In this document: in pieces, positions 29,849 to 39,945 of the stretch
Layout: each line of letters begins with the position of its first letter
How positions within the stretch are numbered: position 1 is the stretch's first letter
Origin: a virus
Taxonomy: Duplodnaviria; Caudoviricetes
IMG/VR virus record: IMGVR_UViG_3300006217_000025
Coordinates: 14,347 to 78,346 of that record
Direction: 5' to 3' (one strand)
DNA length: 64,000 bases
Position numbers and translations under genes: made by a program
The notes under the pieces: model-generated
Told to the model about the DNA's origin: nothing
Databases searched by the model: none
The model's input: the letters and a program-made list of their open reading frames with translations, nothing else

Positions 29849-30157
29849 ATGAAATATTTAGTGTGCATTAACGGAGAAGAATATGACAATTTTATGAAAG
29901 CTTTAGGGGACTATGGTTTTCAATGGCATGGTGGAGCAATAGCAGGAGATGGAACATGCGTATATGAAAAGTATTTTGATAGAAATTACGCAACTGCTTA
30001 TTATCTTGATTTTGATAAAAAAGAAATAACATATTGTGTTGGTATGGAAATTTACGCTCCATCTTCGTTTATGAGAGATGATAAAAAATATAATGAGTAT
30101 TTGACGCAATGTAAAAGTTGTGAGTGGATTTTAAACAAATTAAAGGAGGAATATTAG
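29849..30157 (+). CDS. Hypothetical protein
   Basis: GGAGG SD. Confidence 0.6.
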   Translation: MKYLVCINGEEYDNFMKALGDYGFQWHGGAIAGDGTCVYEKYFDRNYATAYYLDFDKKEITYCVGMEIYAPSSFMRDDKKYNEYLTQCKSCEWILNKLKEEY

Positions 30158-30158
30158 A

Positions 30159-30407
30159 ATGTATACTTTAAGAATTTATGTTAAAAATGGTTCTAAATGG
30201 AATTTAGAAAATACTATGAGTAAGTCTGAATTGGACGTATTCAAGGCATATTTTGCCGCTAAAAACAAGTGTTCGTTAAATTCTAAAATCACAAATTTAA
30301 ATTATAATGCAAGTGGTGATATTATACACATGGAAATAACAAACACGCTAGAATTATCAAGTAGTGATAAGAAATATAAATATGTTTATGATAAGGAGGA
30401 AGAATAA
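30159..30407 (+). CDS. Hypothetical protein
   Basis: GGAGG SD, coupled. Confidence 0.55.
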   Translation: MYTLRIYVKNGSKWNLENTMSKSELDVFKAYFAAKNKCSLNSKITNLNYNASGDIIHMEITNTLELSSSDKKYKYVYDKEEE

Positions 30408-30409
30408 TT

Positions 30410-30595
30410 ATGAATTTAGAAAGATTATGTGTTTTAGTGATGTACGGTATTTTGGGGCTCATTGAAGATGACAGAGAAAGTGCCATTGAATACTTTCACG
30501 ACACTATGGGAATGACACTTGGAGAGCTTGAATATTTTGGTGTTAACCTTACGGAAGATGAATTGAATAAATATAAATGGGAGGAAGGAAGGTAA
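30410..30595 (+). CDS. Hypothetical protein
   Basis: GGAGG SD. Confidence 0.55.
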   Translation: MNLERLCVLVMYGILGLIEDDRESAIEYFHDTMGMTLGELEYFGVNLTEDELNKYKWEEGR

Positions 30596-30601
30596 ACTAA
30601 C

Positions 30602-30754
30602 ATGTTAGAAAAAATTAAAAACAATCCAGTAGCTTATGAAGATTTTAAAGCATGGGTTGAAAATGAATGTTTCGGAGAAGAAGAAAGCGAAGAACTTGCA
30701 CAAGAGTATATTGAGCTTCTTGAAGTATTTAATCCTTTAGGAATAAAACTTTAA
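30602..30754 (+). CDS. Small acidic hypothetical protein
   Basis: 50-aa ORF with SD, below the track cut-off. Confidence 0.45.
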   Translation: MLEKIKNNPVAYEDFKAWVENECFGEEESEELAQEYIELLEVFNPLGIKL

Positions 30755-30829
30755 GGCACAAATAGTACAGTAAACATGTAAAAACTTACAGCTACTATTT
30801 CAATAACATTAGATAAGGAGAGAATAGCC

Positions 30830-31018
30830 ATGGAACAAAAAATCGTATTAAAACAATATAAGGACTCATTCCTTATGCTGTGGGTTCATGTATCAGGAAG
30901 AAATGAATTTGTTGTATGTCGCAATTGGAATGGTAATTCGTGGGATTGGGGACATTATTTTGGTAATGATTTAGATGGTGCTTTAGAATACTTTAACAAA
31001 GATAGAATGGAGGCGTGA
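30830..31018 (+). CDS. Hypothetical protein
   Basis: AAGGAG SD; SWDWGHYF motif. Confidence 0.55.
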   Translation: MEQKIVLKQYKDSFLMLWVHVSGRNEFVVCRNWNGNSWDWGHYFGNDLDGALEYFNKDRMEA

Positions 31019-31024
31019 TTTGAA

Positions 31025-31231
31025 ATGAGAGTATTGCAATTAACAGGTATGATGCCAAAAAATCAAAAAATTGACATTATAGATATATTTGATCGTCATG
31101 AAAAACCTCAATTTGAAGGTGTAGCGAATGATATCAACAAATATCATAGATATGCTGATAGATTTGTAACTAGAATTGAATCATATGAATATGAAGGTGA
31201 AAGTGTTATTTGTATGAAAATTTGTTATTAG
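31025..31231 (+). CDS. Hypothetical protein
   Basis: GGAGG SD. Confidence 0.55.
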   Translation: MRVLQLTGMMPKNQKIDIIDIFDRHEKPQFEGVANDINKYHRYADRFVTRIESYEYEGESVICMKICY

Positions 31232-31260
31232 TTAAAAACATAGGGGAGAGATAATTTGAA

Positions 31261-31422
31261 ATGAAAATAGAATTTGCAACAGATAATGCAGCATTTGATG
31301 AATATGGAGATATAGAAGTGAAACGTATCCTTGAGAAGATTATTAGTCAAGTAGAGAATGGCTATGAGAATGGTATCATTATGGATATTAGCGGAAATAA
31401 GATAGGGTGGTGGAGAAAATGA
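31261..31422 (+). CDS. Small hypothetical protein
   Basis: 53 aa, GGGGAG SD, ATGA overlap with the next gene. Confidence 0.5.
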   Translation: MKIEFATDNAAFDEYGDIEVKRILEKIISQVENGYENGIIMDISGNKIGWWRK

Positions 31423-31994
31423 AAAAACCAAGACAAAGAATTTTATATAATAACTATGATTTAGATTTTGAGGGGGCAAAAGAAGAAGCAATTGAAAGAT
31501 ATTATGATTTTTGCGATTTTATTAAAAAAGAAATAGAAGGCAACTATGAACCAAGTGAAGAAAAAATTTGGGAAACTGCTCATGAACTAGATGGATTTTT
31601 TTGGGAAGAATTCCAGAATGATTTTGAAAAATTTATAGGGAATGATGTATTTATCATTCAAGGCAATATAGGAAGGTGGAATGGGGTTGCAAGAGGTGGA
31701 TTTACATTTAGTTCACTTGATGAATTATCTAGGGCATGGAAAGATTGTGATTACATTAAAATTTATGATGAAAATGGTCATTTATATATTGAATGTTCTC
31801 ATCATGACGGAACAAACTTCTATGAAATAAGAAAACTTACTGAAAAAGGAAGGGAATATTTAAATAATCATAACTATTATGATAAAGAAGAACTTCACAA
31901 TAAACTTATTAAAAATCCATATAGTGTTTTACCTAACTATGCTAACAAAGTATGGGGAAGTAAAAAAATAAAATATGAAGCAATTGAAAAATGA
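31419..31994 (+). CDS. Hypothetical protein
   Basis: ATGA coupling; G.W.G...G and HHDGTN motifs. Confidence 0.6.
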   Translation: MKKPRQRILYNNYDLDFEGAKEEAIERYYDFCDFIKKEIEGNYEPSEEKIWETAHELDGFFWEEFQNDFEKFIGNDVFIIQGNIGRWNGVARGGFTFSSLDELSRAWKDCDYIKIYDENGHLYIECSHHDGTNFYEIRKLTEKGREYLNNHNYYDKEELHNKLIKNPYSVLPNYANKVWGSKKIKYEAIEK

Positions 31995-32113
31995 AGTTGA
32001 TGAGCTAGGGTTAAGTGAATACTTTGAATTTGCACCAAATAGTGATGATTGTTATATCATAATTTTTGGCGGAGTCATTACAGAATTATTATTTTAAGAA
32101 GAGGAATAAGATT

Positions 32114-32653
32114 ATGGCAAACACATGTAATTTTAGTATGAAAGTAATTGGAGAAAAGGCAAGCATAAAACAATTTTATAATGCTTTAATTCAAAATGGA
32201 AACTTATGGATTGGACGTGGAGCTGATTGTGAAATTATTTATGAAGACGAAAGCTATACTCAAATTGATGGTATTTGTAAATGGAGCATTCAAAGCGCAT
32301 TGATTGATAACGCTATATCTATGAAAAAAGAACCTGAAAAATGGTATTTTGGGAAAAATGAATCAGATGGTTTGACATTTATTACTTTAATAGAAGCATC
32401 TGAAAAGTGGAATTTAGATATTGAAGTCTTTTCAAAAGAAACTGGATTCGAATTTATGGAACATTATCTAATAAGAAAAGGAGAAGTTGAGATTGATGAT
32501 TGCATTGATTATCAAGAAATTTGGGTAGATGAATATGAAACAAAAGAAGAAGCCGAAGAAGATTTGGATACAACATTTACCGATGAAGAATGGGAAAATA
32601 GGGAATGTGGATATATTCAACGTGGTGGCGTTGAATGGGACTTTGAAATTTAA
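32114..32653 (+). CDS. Hypothetical acidic protein
   Basis: GAGGA SD before ATG 32114 (MANTC...). Confidence 0.6.
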   Translation: MANTCNFSMKVIGEKASIKQFYNALIQNGNLWIGRGADCEIIYEDESYTQIDGICKWSIQSALIDNAISMKKEPEKWYFGKNESDGLTFITLIEASEKWNLDIEVFSKETGFEFMEHYLIRKGEVEIDDCIDYQEIWVDEYETKEEAEEDLDTTFTDEEWENRECGYIQRGGVEWDFEI

Positions 32654-32668
32654 AGGAGGAATAAAATT

Positions 32669-33381
32669 ATGTCACATTACACAGTAGCAGTATTTACAAA
32701 GGAAGGTCAAAGTGTTGACTGTTTATTAGAGCCATTTGATGAAAATATTGAAGTTGAGCCTTATGTAAGAAGAACAAAAGAGGAAGTTTTAAAAGAAATT
32801 GAAAAATATTGTGATGAAAACGAAGCTTTAAGAAAAAAATGGTTAACTTTATCTGATAAAGAGAAAATGAGAATTTGGGCTGGATATAATGACTTTGATG
32901 AAGACGGTAACCCTTTATCAACTTACAATCCTAATTCAAAATGGGATTGGTATTCAGTTGGTGGTCGTTGGGATAATTTCCTAAAAACAAAAAATGGTGA
33001 ATATGTTAATGAATGTTTAGTTAAAGACTTAGACTTAACACCAAATAAAGAAGAATATGATAAAGCTATTAGATTTTGGGAGTTAGTAATTGAACATCAA
33101 CCTTTAGAAGAAGGCGAAAAATGCCATTCAATCTTTACAAAGAAGAATATTACATCGAAAGATATGGCACTAAAGAAAATTATGCCAAAAAGAGTGCAAT
33201 GTTTTCAACTTATGCAGTATTAACCCCAGATGGAGAATGGCATGAACCTGGTCAAATGGGTTGGTGGGGAATGTCTCATGCAAGCCAAGAAGATGAAAAA
33301 TTATGGGATGAAGCATATGAAAACTTTTTAAAAGAAGCTGATCCTAATTGGACAATTACAATTGTAGATTGTCATATTTAA
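32669..33381 (+). pseudogene. Conserved phage protein split by a frameshift near 33120
   Basis: ORF 32669-33223 (MSHY, YNPNSKWDWY..GGRW) continues in another frame as 33121-33381 (TP.GEWHE.G..GWWG...VDCHI). Confidence 0.65.
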
Positions 33382-33416
33382 AGATCATATAAAGTTATAA
33401 AAGGAGAAATAAAATT

Positions 33417-33893
33417 ATGGGGTTAGATATGTATTTAATGAATGTTAGAAACGAAGAAAAAATCAAAGCTGAAAATTTTATTGAAGTGGGATATTGGAGA
33501 AAGGCAAATCAAATACACAATTGGTTTGTTAAAAATGTTCAAGGCGGAGTTGACGATTGTGGTTATTATGGAGTTACTAAAGAAAAACTAGAATAGCTAC
33601 TATCTATTTGTAAAAAAGTTAAAGAAAGTATTAAGTTGGTTGACGGAGATATTGCACCAATTAAAATGTTTCAGGATGGAAAACTAGTTGATACAGAATT
33701 ACAATTAAAAATTATTGAAAATACAAGTGTAGCACAACAATTATTACCAACTCAATCAGGTTTCTTCTTTGGAAGAACAGATTATGATGATGGGTATTTA
33801 CAAGATATTGAAAATACCATTGAGATCTTAGAGGAAGTGCTTGAAGAAACAGACTTTGATACAGAAATGATTGTATATATTTCAAGTTGGTAA
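33417..33893 (+). pseudogene. Conserved phage protein with in-frame TAG at 33594
   Basis: MGLDMYL...YWRKANQIHNWF...LE*LL...PT.SGFFFG..DYD...Y.SSW in a single frame; AAGGAG SD. Confidence 0.7.
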
Positions 33894-33925
33894 AATTAAA
33901 TAGAATTATAAATGAGGAATAAATT

Positions 33926-34213
33926 ATGACAGGGAAAATGGAAACTTTTATGGAAATACTTGTTTATATCCCAAATGATATTCTTATTGAAACTGATGAA
34001 TATTATATAAGTTATAATAATAAAGATGTTAATATTTATGGCTGTGATACTACTGCAATTGTAGCTTCCGATATGACAAAATTCCTTATTTTAAATGGGA
34101 ACCATGTTAAACCATATTATGAAATAATACAAAAGGGTGGAAGTTATAAAGATTGTATTGTGTATTTTAAAAAACATATTGGGGAAAAATCAAGATTTAG
34201 TGATTTACCTTAA
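33926..34213 (+). CDS. Hypothetical protein
   Basis: GAGGA SD. Confidence 0.55.
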   Translation: MTGKMETFMEILVYIPNDILIETDEYYISYNNKDVNIYGCDTTAIVASDMTKFLILNGNHVKPYYEIIQKGGSYKDCIVYFKKHIGEKSRFSDLP

Positions 34214-34248
34214 AGCAACATATCAAATAAAATTATAAAAAGGGGAAA

Positions 34249-34890
34249 TTGATTATGGGAAATAGAGCGATTATTAAACCAATAGATAGTACAAATTCTA
34301 TCTACTTACATTGGAATGGTGGAAGAGATAGTATTGAGGCGTTTTTAAAATATTGTGAATTAAAAGGATATAGGGGGTTAGGTCAAGATACATCATATGG
34401 GCTAGCAAGATTAACACAAGTGATTTCTAACTTTTTTGGTGGGACTACAAGCATTGGAATTTGTAATTGTGATGGAACAGAGAACAGTTCACCAGGAGAT
34501 AACGGAATTTATATTGTTGAAGGTTGGGCTATTATAGATAGGGTTGATTGTACATATGAACAAAGAGAATATGAATTAAATGAAATGCTTATTGTGATTG
34601 ATAATGCTCAACCTAAAAATGAGCAACTTGGAGAATTTTTAACAGCGAAAGAAGTCCATACAAGTGAATTAAAAATTGATGATGTAGTTTATATCCAAGA
34701 TTGGAGTGGAAAACTTGAAACATTCAAAATAGTTGGATTTGGCGGAAAAGATCAAATGAAGAATGGTCGTAAAGTTGAAAATGTTCCATATGTAAATAAT
34801 TATGATCATGATGGAGATTATTCATGGAATATAAATAATTATATTTTTAATAAGACTGTAAGAATTAAAAGAGCAGAAAGAGAGGAATAA
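34249..34890 (+). CDS. Hypothetical protein
   Basis: MGNRA...YLHWNGG motif common in phage accessory genes. Confidence 0.6.
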   Translation: MIMGNRAIIKPIDSTNSIYLHWNGGRDSIEAFLKYCELKGYRGLGQDTSYGLARLTQVISNFFGGTTSIGICNCDGTENSSPGDNGIYIVEGWAIIDRVDCTYEQREYELNEMLIVIDNAQPKNEQLGEFLTAKEVHTSELKIDDVVYIQDWSGKLETFKIVGFGGKDQMKNGRKVENVPYVNNYDHDGDYSWNINNYIFNKTVRIKRAEREE

Positions 34891-34892
34891 CT

Positions 34893-35171
34893 ATGCAAGA
34901 AATATTGACAAATGACCAAAGGCATGTTGTTTTAAAAATCATTGGAAGAGCAAAAGATATGAATATGATAAAAGATAGTTTAATCTCAACACTTATGGAT
35001 ATTGAAAGTGCAGTTTTACATTTCAATATGAGGTTGCAGGATTGGCTTGAAGCAGATGATTTTAATTTTGCTCATGACTTCTATGGAATTATAAATTGTA
35101 TTGTAAGAGATGAATTCCCAAGTGTAAACTTTGGATATTTTTTACCTAGATTTGCAGGAAGAGGAGAATAG
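34893..35171 (+). CDS. Hypothetical protein
   Basis: F.HD..GI...F.PRF motif. Confidence 0.6.
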   Translation: MQEILTNDQRHVVLKIIGRAKDMNMIKDSLISTLMDIESAVLHFNMRLQDWLEADDFNFAHDFYGIINCIVRDEFPSVNFGYFLPRFAGRGE

Positions 35172-35176
35172 AGAAT

Positions 35177-35371
35177 ATGGAAGAATTAATTTTAAAATTT
35201 GATATTGATTTTGAAGACGGAGAATTATTTATGGCTGAAGAATGTTCATCAGGTTGTACATATAGAGTTAAAACAAAAAAAGAATTATTAGAGTATATTC
35301 TTGAGTATGTAATGAATTATGTAGATGCAAATCATGAATTTGATTTTGCAATAACTAAAAGAAATGCTTGA
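35177..35371 (+). CDS. Hypothetical protein
   Basis: 64 aa with SD. Confidence 0.5.
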   Translation: MEELILKFDIDFEDGELFMAEECSSGCTYRVKTKKELLEYILEYVMNYVDANHEFDFAITKRNA

Positions 35372-35458
35372 CAATAGATATTGAAGGAATAATACTAGGG
35401 CAATTAAATATTGCTCTTTTTTGATATATAGAATTAAAAATTAAAAGGAGAGAAAAAA

Positions 35459-36067
35459 ATGAATATAAAAACAAGATCAGATATTGAAAATATCTTAGAA
35501 TTACATTCAAAATGGCTGAAAGGTGAAAAAGATGGTAAACGGGCTGATTTTAGTGACGCTGATTTGAGTGGGGCTGATTTTAGTAATGCTGATTTAAGAA
35601 ATGCAATTTTTTGTGGAGCTAATTTAAGTGATGCTAATTTGTGTGATGCTAATTTCAGTTATGCTAATTTAAGTGGAGCTGATTTCCGTGGGGCTAAAAA
35701 GATAGACGTCCGTTATGATGCAAACACTTCATTTTTTGCTTTGCAATGTCCGGAAGAAGGTTCTTTTGTTGGATGGAAAAAGATTGAGGAGGATTACATT
35801 GTAAAGCTATTAATTCCAGAAGATGCAAAACGTAGCAGTGCTACTTCTAGAAAATGTAGGGCAAGTAAAGCTATCGTATTAGAAATTTATGATAGAAATG
35901 GGAATGTCATGAGGGATGATTTTATTGGACATTCAAAGCAAAATAATAATTTCATTTATAGAAAAGGCGAAACAGTTATCCCAGATAGTTATGACGAAAA
36001 CAGATGGAATGAATGTAGCCATGGTATCCATTTCTTCATTACCCGTAAAGAAGCTGAGTTATATTAG
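35459..36067 (+). CDS. Pentapeptide-repeat protein with DUF5758-like C-terminus
   Basis: A[DN]LSG/ADF repeats; KCRASKA and C..GIHFF motifs. Confidence 0.8.
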   Translation: MNIKTRSDIENILELHSKWLKGEKDGKRADFSDADLSGADFSNADLRNAIFCGANLSDANLCDANFSYANLSGADFRGAKKIDVRYDANTSFFALQCPEEGSFVGWKKIEEDYIVKLLIPEDAKRSSATSRKCRASKAIVLEIYDRNGNVMRDDFIGHSKQNNNFIYRKGETVIPDSYDENRWNECSHGIHFFITRKEAELY

Positions 36068-36084
36068 ATTAATGAAAGGAATGT

Positions 36085-36474
36085 TTGATAATGGGTCAAA
36101 TGACATTAACTGAATTTGTAGATTACTTTGATTTTGATTATTGTCTATATGACAGTGGAAAAGAATTATTGATTGGTTTAATTGATAATCAAGGGGCTAA
36201 TTTAGGGGATATTGAGCAGGATAGATTTCTAAACAATAAAGAAGGTGTATTAGATATTATTGATAGACTTGAAACATATTATGAAGATTATATCTTTAAT
36301 GACTTAGAGATAGAATTAGAAGAAAATGGAATTGATACTTCAAATATGAGTTGGAAAGATATGTATAATGCAACAAAAAAATTAGATTGTGGTAGTGAAA
36401 TCATGGATTACATCTTTGGAAATAAAGAAGTGATTTTAGATAGTCAAGATAAAGAAATTGTAAAAGAATATTGA
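36085..36474 (+). CDS. Hypothetical protein
   Basis: Co-directional ORF with SD. Confidence 0.55.
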   Translation: MIMGQMTLTEFVDYFDFDYCLYDSGKELLIGLIDNQGANLGDIEQDRFLNNKEGVLDIIDRLETYYEDYIFNDLEIELEENGIDTSNMSWKDMYNATKKLDCGSEIMDYIFGNKEVILDSQDKEIVKEY

Positions 36475-36490
36475 AAGTAGGAACCTTAAA

Positions 36491-37021
36491 ATGTTAAAAA
36501 ATTATAAAAAATATCAATTAGAATGGATGATTAGCCATGGTTATTCATTAGATGATTTAATGAATAAGATGGCTGATATAATCAATGAAGAACTGACTGT
36601 TGAGAGCAATGCTCATATAATCATAGATGAAGCATTTGAAATATTGCAAGATGAACGAGGATTTGTAGGGTCTGAAATTTGGGCTTGTGAAGATGAATGG
36701 GAACAGAATGAAAACGATGATGACTTTGAAACAAATTTTGAAGTTGCAATTAAAATGTTAGAAGATAATCCATATGATTTTAATAAGCATAAAGATTTAG
36801 TATGTTTATTTTGTAGTGAACAAGAAACCCCATTTTATGAATCTACATTATATGAGTTTCATTTCTTTGTTGAAAGATTTTGGTTAGAGAAATATGTATT
36901 AGAAAATTATAATGTTATAAATTTACAAGAATGGTTGGAGGAAATTTATACAAGTGATGAAAGTATATATATATTATTTGATGGTATCAAAGCTGGCGTG
37001 GTAGCTGGAATTTATAAATAA
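36491..37021 (+). CDS. Hypothetical acidic protein
   Basis: Co-directional ORF. Confidence 0.55.
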   Translation: MLKNYKKYQLEWMISHGYSLDDLMNKMADIINEELTVESNAHIIIDEAFEILQDERGFVGSEIWACEDEWEQNENDDDFETNFEVAIKMLEDNPYDFNKHKDLVCLFCSEQETPFYESTLYEFHFFVERFWLEKYVLENYNVINLQEWLEEIYTSDESIYILFDGIKAGVVAGIYK

Positions 37022-37040
37022 AGGAAAAGGGTAGATATGT

Positions 37041-37475
37041 ATGGAAAAAAAATTATCTCTCACAGAATGGATTAAAAGATCATTTGGTGATGTAAGTCAA
37101 GAAAAATTAAAAAAACTAAAACAGTCTAAAGATGTCCTAAATACTTATATTAAGTATTTGTTTTTTTTAAAAGAAGAATTAATTAACAATTATCCTAAGA
37201 GTGCAGCGTATGTTGAGTCTCATTTAGTGCAACCGCATAGGCTTTGCAATAGATGTGGAAATTACATATTAAAATCTGATTTAGAACAATATCCGTATCA
37301 ATGTATGTATTGCGATGAAGATTTATTTAGCATTGAAACTCATTTAAGAACAAATGATTATGGACAATTAGTTAATGATGAGATAAGTATTTTTGCTTAT
37401 TGTGATTTGATTGAACAAGTGTCTGCTTTATTATGTTTAGATGATTGGAAAGGAGATAGTATAAATGAAAATTAA
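37041..37475 (+). CDS. Hypothetical Zn-ribbon protein
   Basis: CNRCG...YQCMYCDE. Confidence 0.6.
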   Translation: MEKKLSLTEWIKRSFGDVSQEKLKKLKQSKDVLNTYIKYLFFLKEELINNYPKSAAYVESHLVQPHRLCNRCGNYILKSDLEQYPYQCMYCDEDLFSIETHLRTNDYGQLVNDEISIFAYCDLIEQVSALLCLDDWKGDSINEN

Positions 37476-37704
37476 TGGACAAGTAGTAGTTGGTAAAGAA
37501 TTTGCTTATGATGGCTGCCATAAAATTTATATTATTGAAGATGAAGAAGATAAGAAAGAGGCTATAGACGGATATACAATTTTGCCTATTAGTTTATTAA
37601 AGAAAACATATGAAAATAGTTGTTCATTAAGATTTATTCATAATTGGAAATTAAATAAGACATATGTTTTACAATTTGAAGAAAATGTAACATTTGAAGA
37701 TTAA
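37465..37704 (+). CDS. Hypothetical protein
   Basis: FAYDGCHKIY motif; coupled. Confidence 0.55.
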   Translation: MKINGQVVVGKEFAYDGCHKIYIIEDEEDKKEAIDGYTILPISLLKKTYENSCSLRFIHNWKLNKTYVLQFEENVTFED

Positions 37705-37716
37705 GGAGTGATGTGA

Positions 37717-38217
37717 ATGAAAGCAATTAATATCAAATGGAATGTTGACTGTGAAAAGGATTTGGAAACATTACCAATTGAAATTGAAATACCTAGGGCG
37801 ATGACTGATGATGACGTAATATCTGATTATATTTCTGATGTAACAGGATTTTGTCATTGTGGATATGAGATAGTAGAAACAAATAAAGTTCAACAGTTAT
37901 TAGATAGAATTGAAGAATTAGGTTGGAATGTAATAAATGAAGAAGATGACTGTTATTCATTATCTCAATTTTCACCAGCAGAGCAAGATTTTAATGTTCA
38001 TATTAGAGCGGAAAATTCTGATGAATTAATACAATCGATCTATGAAGCATATGAAAATTATGATGTTAGTTATGAAACATATTTATGGTTAGATAGTACA
38101 GGTCACGGTACAAATGGCGCCCCATATGAATTAGATGATGTGTTAAAAGATATGAAATGGTGTGAAAATGCTATTTTGGAATTGTACAAAACTTTGATTA
38201 ATGAAGGGAAGAGATAG
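37717..38217 (+). CDS. Hypothetical protein
   Basis: AAGGAG SD. Confidence 0.55.
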   Translation: MKAINIKWNVDCEKDLETLPIEIEIPRAMTDDDVISDYISDVTGFCHCGYEIVETNKVQQLLDRIEELGWNVINEEDDCYSLSQFSPAEQDFNVHIRAENSDELIQSIYEAYENYDVSYETYLWLDSTGHGTNGAPYELDDVLKDMKWCENAILELYKTLINEGKR

Positions 38218-38219
38218 GA

Positions 38220-38486
38220 ATGAAACAAATAACATATCTTGTTATAGTTGAAGAAGATAAAAGACAATCAATTTTAAATTCAAAAATGGCACTAATTAGA
38301 GATTGGAATATGGGTTGGTTCGAAGTCCCACAAATATTTATTGAAGAATTTAAAAAAAATTTTGGTATAACTGGATTTGAGTGCGGAGTATGTAGAGAAA
38401 ATATAACAAAAGAAGAAATCAATTATTTTAACCAAATTAGATGGCATGAAGGAAGTAATATAATGAATGAATCCGATGAAGAATAA
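38220..38486 (+). CDS. Hypothetical protein
   Basis: Coupled ORF. Confidence 0.5.
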   Translation: MKQITYLVIVEEDKRQSILNSKMALIRDWNMGWFEVPQIFIEEFKKNFGITGFECGVCRENITKEEINYFNQIRWHEGSNIMNESDEE

Positions 38487-38518
38487 TTTGAGGAAATGTT
38501 AGAAAATTTACTTCATAA

Positions 38519-38740
38519 AAGAATGTCAATAAATATTTATATGAAGGTGAGTTTTGCTAGGCTTCATCAGCTTTGGGAACTATAAATGTAGAATCTGATT
38601 TACAAGGACTCAATAAATTCATATTAGATGCGATCAGAGCTTGCGATACAGGTAAATTAAAGATTGGAGGTCTTGATAGTGTGAATGATTTACCTGATAG
38701 AACAATTCTTAGAGGAAAGGGGCGAAACGTAAAGAGATAA
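38519..38740 (+). pseudogene. Remnant of the C-terminal part of a second reverse transcriptase
   Basis: Translates KYLYEGEFC*ASSALGTINVESDLQGLNKFILDAIRACDTGKLKIGGL...LPDRTILRGKGRNV, collinear with the C-terminus of 41784-43082. Confidence 0.85.
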
Positions 38741-38773
38741 GACAGGGCATAGTGCTTAAGTAATAATTTAAAA

Positions 38774-39022
38774 ATGAGTCCAGTTGTGTTTGAAGTAACA
38801 GTAAGAAACATGAAAGGTGATTATATTATGTTTACAAGAAAATTTAAAAATATTCATGATGATGAAGTATGGACTTTAGAAGAATTAAGACAATTAAGAA
38901 ACGATCATAAAAAACAAGGAATTGATGTGTATGATAGTTTTGATAAATGGATGAGCGTTCAATTATGCATGGATTTTGTAGAAATTTATAATAATTCAAT
39001 GGAACAAAATATGAAAGGATGA
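38774..39022 (+). CDS. Hypothetical protein
   Basis: 82 aa; true start possibly the internal ATG after GAAAGGTG. Confidence 0.45.
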   Translation: MSPVVFEVTVRNMKGDYIMFTRKFKNIHDDEVWTLEELRQLRNDHKKQGIDVYDSFDKWMSVQLCMDFVEIYNNSMEQNMKG

Positions 39023-39405
39023 TGATTATGAAAAGAGAATTGAAAGGTCTTGATGATGTTGTAATAAGATTAAATGATGGACTTGAAAGAACTTCAGAAG
39101 AATTAGAGGTGTGCAAAAAATGATTGTTTAAATTTGGACTAGCTAATTACATGAGTTTAAAATAGTTAGATGATATGTGTTTGAAGATTCTGTTTGGGTG
39201 TTTAAGCAAATATTTGGATAAAAATTAGAAAAGATAAAAGGATGATATATATGCTAATTTTGATTCTAAGTGTGAAGTATTTGTGATTGATGAATGTGCG
39301 GCTTGGGACTAGGAAGAAGTGCAAGAAAAAAATAAAAAGGTTGAAGAGATTTTCAAAAAAAGAAAATTTAAAAGAATATATTAAAAGAAATATGAAAGGG
39401 TAAAG

Positions 39406-39828
39406 GTGAATAAAATGGCGAATTATAATTGCGTAATTAGGACAAATTATTTTCATGTGAAAAACAATACTATGTTCGAAGATTTTATGAAAACTGTTTA
39501 TGGTGAAGATGAAGTTTTTATGTTCAAAAAAGGTGATATGTATGGATTTGGATGTTATGGGGAAATTATGGGTATAAGAAATCCTGAGGATGAAAACGAA
39601 GATGAATATGATTCTCCATATGATGCATTCATCGATGGGCTACAAAAATATGTAACTGACAATGACGCAGTGATTATTATGGAATTTGGTAATGAAAAAT
39701 TAAGACATATATCAGGTACCGTCGGTGTTATTACAAGTAAAAAAGTTAAATATATGGACACAACAGATTTAGCAATGGATATTGCAAAAAAATTGTTGAA
39801 CAATAAAAATTATGAAACTCAGTTTTAG
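39406..39828 (+). CDS. Hypothetical protein
   Basis: MANY....RTNYF.V motif common in Firmicutes phages. Confidence 0.6.
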   Translation: MNKMANYNCVIRTNYFHVKNNTMFEDFMKTVYGEDEVFMFKKGDMYGFGCYGEIMGIRNPEDENEDEYDSPYDAFIDGLQKYVTDNDAVIIMEFGNEKLRHISGTVGVITSKKVKYMDTTDLAMDIAKKLLNNKNYETQF

Positions 39829-39945
39829 ATGCTGTATATTGATTCTTAGAGGAATTCTATAATTTATGTGATAGATATAGGGCCTAGATTGATGCAAACT
39901 ATTAAAATTGAGACTCAAATAGCTTAATACTAGGATGGAGGCAAT

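Noticed and set aside
33594-38560. TAG stop-codon reassignment (genetic code 15)
   Set aside because: Only two isolated in-frame TAGs were found. Long genes are intact under code 11 and many genes end in TAG immediately before the next SD.
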